DNA of 63,959 nt, filler included, from Licmophora abbreviata (Eukaryota), in assembly GCA_900291995.1 (NCBI GenBank). It is 18 parts of 18 records of this genome, joined end to end, with 100 filler letters (N's around TTAATTAATTAA, not from the genome) between each part and the next. Parts side by side here need not be neighbours in the genome. Positions count along the whole stretch, not along the records: positions 59,266 to 62,182 come from OLMU01004728.1; positions 62,283 to 63,959 come from OLMU01004731.1; 16 more parts are not named here. One strand, given 5' to 3'. Shown here one piece after another: positions 60,201 to 63,959 of the stretch (positions within the stretch are counted from its first letter, which is position 1; each line of letters opens with the position of its first letter). A program made the translations under genes and the position numbers. The notes under the pieces were generated by a model that made no database searches, was not told the DNA's origin, and worked only from the letters and a program-made list of their open reading frames with translations.

Positions 60201-62182
60201 GGTTGGCTTTATCGATGCGCAGGGTGATCAGATCGACGGGGCCGATGGCGACAACGATGTGATCGACGCGGGCGCGGGCAATGACAGGGTCGATGCGGGT
60301 CTGGGCGATGATACGGTCATAGCCGGCACGGGCGATGATACTGTCGATGGCCGCGCGGGCGATGATGTGCTTTCGGGTGATGCCGGCAATGATGACATTT
60401 CCGGCGGTGCCGGAAACGATCAAATCTCGGGCGGGACTGGCGACGACTTCCTTGCGGGCGAGGGTGGTGACGACAGCGTCCTTGGGGACGAGGGCAATGA
60501 CGTCATTTTCGGCGGCGACGGGAATGACACGCTGGAAGGCGGTGATGGCGCGGATGCTTTGGCTGGCAACGCAGGGGCGGATACGCTTCTTGGCGGCGAT
60601 GGCGATGACGCGATCGCGGTGGGCGGTCGCGATGTGGCGACGGGCGGCGCAGGCGACGATGTGTTCTTCTTCGATGCGACCGATCCGGAGCCCAATGTGC
60701 AGGCCACGATCGACGGCGGTTCGGATGCGACAGATGGCGCGCCGGGTGGTCCCGAGAATGGCGATGCGGGCGATATCCTTGACCTGTCGGCGCAAACCGG
60801 CCCGCTGGACGTGGTGTTCGATCCGAACCCGGAATCCGGCGCGGTGGATGGGCTTGACGGGGATGTGTTCCCGGATCTGGCCTTCAGCGAGATCGAACAG
60901 GTCATCACCGGCGCGGGCAACGATACCCTGGATGCCAGCACCTCGACCGGTCCGGTCGATATCGAAGCTGGTGCGGGCGACGACTCGGTCACGGCTGGGT
61001 CCGGCAATGACAGCGTCCTCGGCGATGCTGGCAACGACGTGCTGGATGGCGGCGCGGGCAATGACACGCTGGATGGCGGTGACGACAATGACGCCCTGAC
61101 GGGCGGCGATGGCGACGACAGCCTGTTGGGCGGTGCCGGTAGCGATACGCTGGCGGGTGGTGAGGGCAATGACACGCTGGATGGCGGCGATGGCGATGAT
61201 GTTATCGCGGTCGGTGGCGGAGATGAGGCCACGGGCGGTGCTGGCGACGATGTGTTCAGGCTGGATCCCACGGATACCAACCCGAATACGCAGATCACGA
61301 TCGATGGCGGCACGGATGGCACCGATGGCACGCCGGGTGGGCCTGAGAACGGCGATGCGGGTGATATCCTGGATCTGTCGGATGCGACCGGACCGCTGGA
61401 TGTTGTCTTCGGCACGAACCCTGAAACGGGGATTGTGAACGGTGTCGACGGGGATGTGTTCCCGGATGTGTCCTTCTCGGAAATCGAGCAGGTGGCCACC
61501 GGCGCGGGCAACGATACGCTGGACGCCAGTACCTCGACCGGTCCGATCAATGTGGCGACGGGCGCTGGCGATGACGAAGTCCTTGGCGGCGCTGGCAATG
61601 ATGTGATCGACGCGGGCGACGGTGCGGACAGTGTCGATGGCGGCGCGGGCGACGATACGATCGGTGCAGGTCTTGGCAATGACACGGTCAACGCTGGCGA
61701 CGGCGCGGATGATGTTCTTGGCGGTGCCGGGGAAGATGTTCTGGACGGTGGTGCCGGCAATGACACGCTCGATGGCGGCGACGACAACGACTCGCTGACC
61801 GGCGGTGCAGGTGACGACAGCCTGTTGGGCGGCGCTGGTGAAGACACGCTTGCGGGCGGCGAGGGCAACGACACGCTCGATGGTGGGGACGATAACGACG
61901 CTCTGACGGGCGGCGATGGCGACGACAGCCTGTTGGGCGGTGCCGGTGAAGATACGCTTGCTGGCGGCGAGGGCGCGGATGTTCTCGACGGTGGTCTGGG
62001 TGATGACGCGCTGGCGGTCGGTGCGGGCGATGACGCGACAGGTGGGGATGGTGACGATGTGTTCACCGTCGATCGGTCGCTGACAGGCACCGATCCGATC
62101 ACCGTCACTGGTGGCGAGAATGACGAGACCCTGGGCGATACGCTGGACCTGAGCGGCAATGGGCCGGTCACGCTGGCCTTCG
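57225..62182 (+). CDS. very large Ca-binding RTX-repeat protein with N-terminal SdrD-B-like domain and two DUF642/CBM-like domains (internal gap; C-terminus in gap)
   Basis: [21 protein letters not shown], 2 x NLIxNGSFE...LDN and dozens of GGxGxDxL nonapeptides; frame open from 59266 to 62182; join across 59166-59265 inferred. Confidence 0.85.
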
Positions 62183-62282
62183 NNNNNNNNNNNNNNNNNN
62201 NNNNNNNNNNNNNNNNNNNNNNNNNNTTAATTAATTAANNNNNNNNNNNNNNNNNNNNNNNNNNNNNNNNNNNNNNNNNNNN

Positions 62283-62304
62283 CGTCTTGTCCGTCATGTG
62301 CCAT
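62283..62304 (-). CDS. first codons (MAHDGQD) of a gene continuing into the gap, possibly an acyl-CoA dehydrogenase
   Basis: ATG preceded by AAAAGGA; product guess rests only on recalled N-termini and neighbourhood. Confidence 0.3.
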
Positions 62305-62459
62305 GAATCAATCCTTTTCCAGTTGGCGACCGTCCTAGCCATTTTGCAACTGCAGCGCAACTATTATACCAAAAATGCGGCGTTTTTGATCGAAAATTGC
62401 GCCTTGAATTTTGCGGGTGCGAAGCTAGCGACATGTGCAGAGGAAACGGTACAGAGAGT

Positions 62460-62582
62460 GTGATCCTCGCATTCGGGAATGGCGGCTGAATTTTCCTGCT
62501 TATGGTGGGTCTGTTGGCGGGGCTGGTCAAGGGCGTTGTCGGGTTTGCCATGCCGATGGTGTTGATTTCGGGTTTGGGTTAA
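62460..62582 (+). pseudogene. remnant of a TauE/SafE (TSUP) sulfite exporter gene
   Basis: VILAFGNGG*IFLLMVGLLAGLVKGVVGFAMPMVLISGLG*: TSUP N-terminal motif bracketed by in-frame stops. Confidence 0.65.
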
Positions 62583-62740
62583 ATGGCTTCGCTTTATGTC
62601 ACGCTGAGGGGATAGATCGTGCCGACGCGGGTTGCGAAGCTGTGGCAAGGGATGCGGGGCGCCGGGGCGAGGCGACCATGGGCGCGATCGCCGGGATTTC
62701 GGGGGGGTGGGGGCCGCCGAGCGTGGCGATGTGAGCGGGT

Positions 62741-62826
62741 TTCGTACGGACCGTACCAAACCGACGCGGGTTTGGGACGGATATCCGGGATTTGGCCGGA
62801 ATTTGTGTCCATCCCGTACGCAATCG
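62741..62826 (+). repeat. dispersed ~76-90-bp palindromic element, copy 2
   Basis: Collinear with 23451-23538, with the same 20-nt core length. Confidence 0.75.
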
Positions 62827-63009
62827 GGGCTTTAACCCGTCTTCAACGATTTGCGGTCAAGCTGTGCCCATGTCGCCGAATCCGGTGGCGCAGCTCAGGA
62901 GGGATTCGGATGGTTCACAACGGGATCTATAAGGTGATGCGGTGCGCGGATGGCCCCGACCCTGCATGACGCGCAAGGCGTGCGCGCCGCGGGGCCGGGC
63001 CGATACCGC

Positions 63010-63959
63010 TTAGCCGAGCGCGGCTGCTTTCACGTCATCGTCGATATATGGCACATATTGTTCGAAATTATCCGCGAACATCTGTACCAGCTTCGCGGCC
63101 TGCCGATCGTAAGAGGCCGGATCGTCCCATGTGCGGCGCGGATCGAGCAGGACCTCGGCCACACCGGGCGCTTCGACGGGAACGTCGAAACCGAAGTTTT
63201 CATCCTTGCGGAACTCGACCTTGTTCAGCGACCCGTCAAGGGCGGCGGTCAGCAGGGCGCGGGTGGCCTTGATCGGCATGCGCGATCCGGTGCCATAGGC
63301 GCCGCCTGTCCAGCCGGTATTCACCAGCCAGCAGGTCGCGCCGTGCTTGGCGATCTTGTCGCGCAAGAGGTTGCCATAGACCTCGGGGCGGCGCGGCATG
63401 AAGGGGGCGCCGAAACAGGTGGAAAAGGTCGGCTCGGGCTCGGTCACGCCGCGTTCGGTGCCCGCGACCTTGGAGGTGAAGCCCGACAGGAAGTGATACA
63501 TGGCCTGCGCCGGGGTCAGTCGCGCGATGGGCGGCAGCACGCCGAAGGCATCACAGGTCAACATGATGACATTCTTGGGATGCCCGCCAAGCGCGGTGTC
63601 CGACGCGTTCGAGATATACTCCAGCGGATAGGCGCAGCGCATGTTGGCGGTGAGCGAATCGTCGTCGAAATCAAGCTCGAGCGTTTCGGGATCGAACACC
63701 ATGTTCTCGATCACCGTGCCGAATTTCGACGTGGTGGCGTAGATCTCGGGCTCAGCCTCGGGGTTGAGGTTGATGGTCTTGGCATAGCAGCCGCCTTCGA
63801 AATTGAAGGTGCCGCGATCGGACCAGCCATGTTCGTCATCGCCGATGAGCGTGCGCGCCGGATCGGCCGAAAGCGTGGTCTTGCCGGTGCCGCTGAGACC
63901 GAAGAAAACGGCCGTGTCGACCGGGTTGCCATCGGCATGGTTGGCCGAGCAGTGCATTG
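63010..63959 (-). CDS. pckA: phosphoenolpyruvate carboxykinase (ATP) (5' part outside window)
   Basis: [36 protein letters not shown] and LVNTGW motifs. Confidence 0.97.
   Translation of the reverse strand, partial: MHCSANHADGNPVDTAVFFGLSGTGKTTLSADPARTLIGDDEHGWSDRGTFNFEGGCYAKTINLNPEAEPEIYATTSKFGTVIENMVFDPETLELDFDDDSLTANMRCAYPLEYISNASDTALGGHPKNVIMLTCDAFGVLPPIARLTPAQAMYHFLSGFTSKVAGTERGVTEPEPTFSTCFGAPFMPRRPEVYGNLLRDKIAKHGATCWLVNTGWTGGAYGTGSRMPIKATRALLTAALDGSLNKVEFRKDENFGFDVPVEAPGVAEVLLDPRRTWDDPASYDRQAAKLVQMFADNFEQYVPYIDDDVKAAALG

Noticed and set aside
59218..62171. Long antisense ORFs (525 and 583 aa) opposite the RTX gene, and similar ones opposite cobJ, argD, malY and the antiporter
   Set aside because: These are shadow ORFs from high GC and codon periodicity, giving low-complexity S/P/R-rich translations with no motifs.
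2207..62282. 17 identical TTAATTAATTAA palindromes spaced through the window (could suggest a repeat system, CtrA-like sites or att sites)
   Set aside because: Each is centred in exactly 44+44 Ns and many interrupt conserved genes. They are synthetic all-frame-stop contig linkers.

Overview
High-GC alphaproteobacterial chromosome segment. Gene content and order point to Rhodobacterales/Roseobacteraceae. It comes from a draft assembly in which 18 contig pieces are joined by 17 artificial 100-nt linkers (N44-TTAATTAATTAA-N44). Many genes are split by these linkers, and two joins are really overlaps. Content is mostly core metabolism: moaB, udg, pyrB/pyrC', plsY, gshA, rsmE, ubiA, argD-argF, hrpB, meaB, sirtuin cobB, rpmB, a cobalamin cluster (cbiX-cobH-cobL-cobI-cbiG/cobJ-orf-cobM), malY/patB, def-def'-fmt, rnhA, ispH, folK, rel/spoT, pdxJ, acpS, lepB-rnc-era-recO and pckA. 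No rRNA, tRNA, CRISPR array, transposase, integrase or phage gene was recognised. The best candidate for an uncharacterised system is a two-gene unit: an HpsN-type (HisD-fold) dehydrogenase plus an Asp/Glu-family racemase, possibly for amino-sulfonate (cysteinolate/cysteate) catabolism. Other points of interest are several small dispersed intergenic repeat families (11-bp-period arrays, a ~76-bp element with a fixed-length variable core, a 32-bp element, GCA-triloop hairpins), a DUF6882-like gene coupled inside the cob operon, two apparent pseudo-enzymes, a Zur-boxed COG0523 unit, and a very large SdrD-B/lectin-like/RTX protein with a 1-kb structured leader. All family assignments come from motif recognition by eye; no database searches were run.
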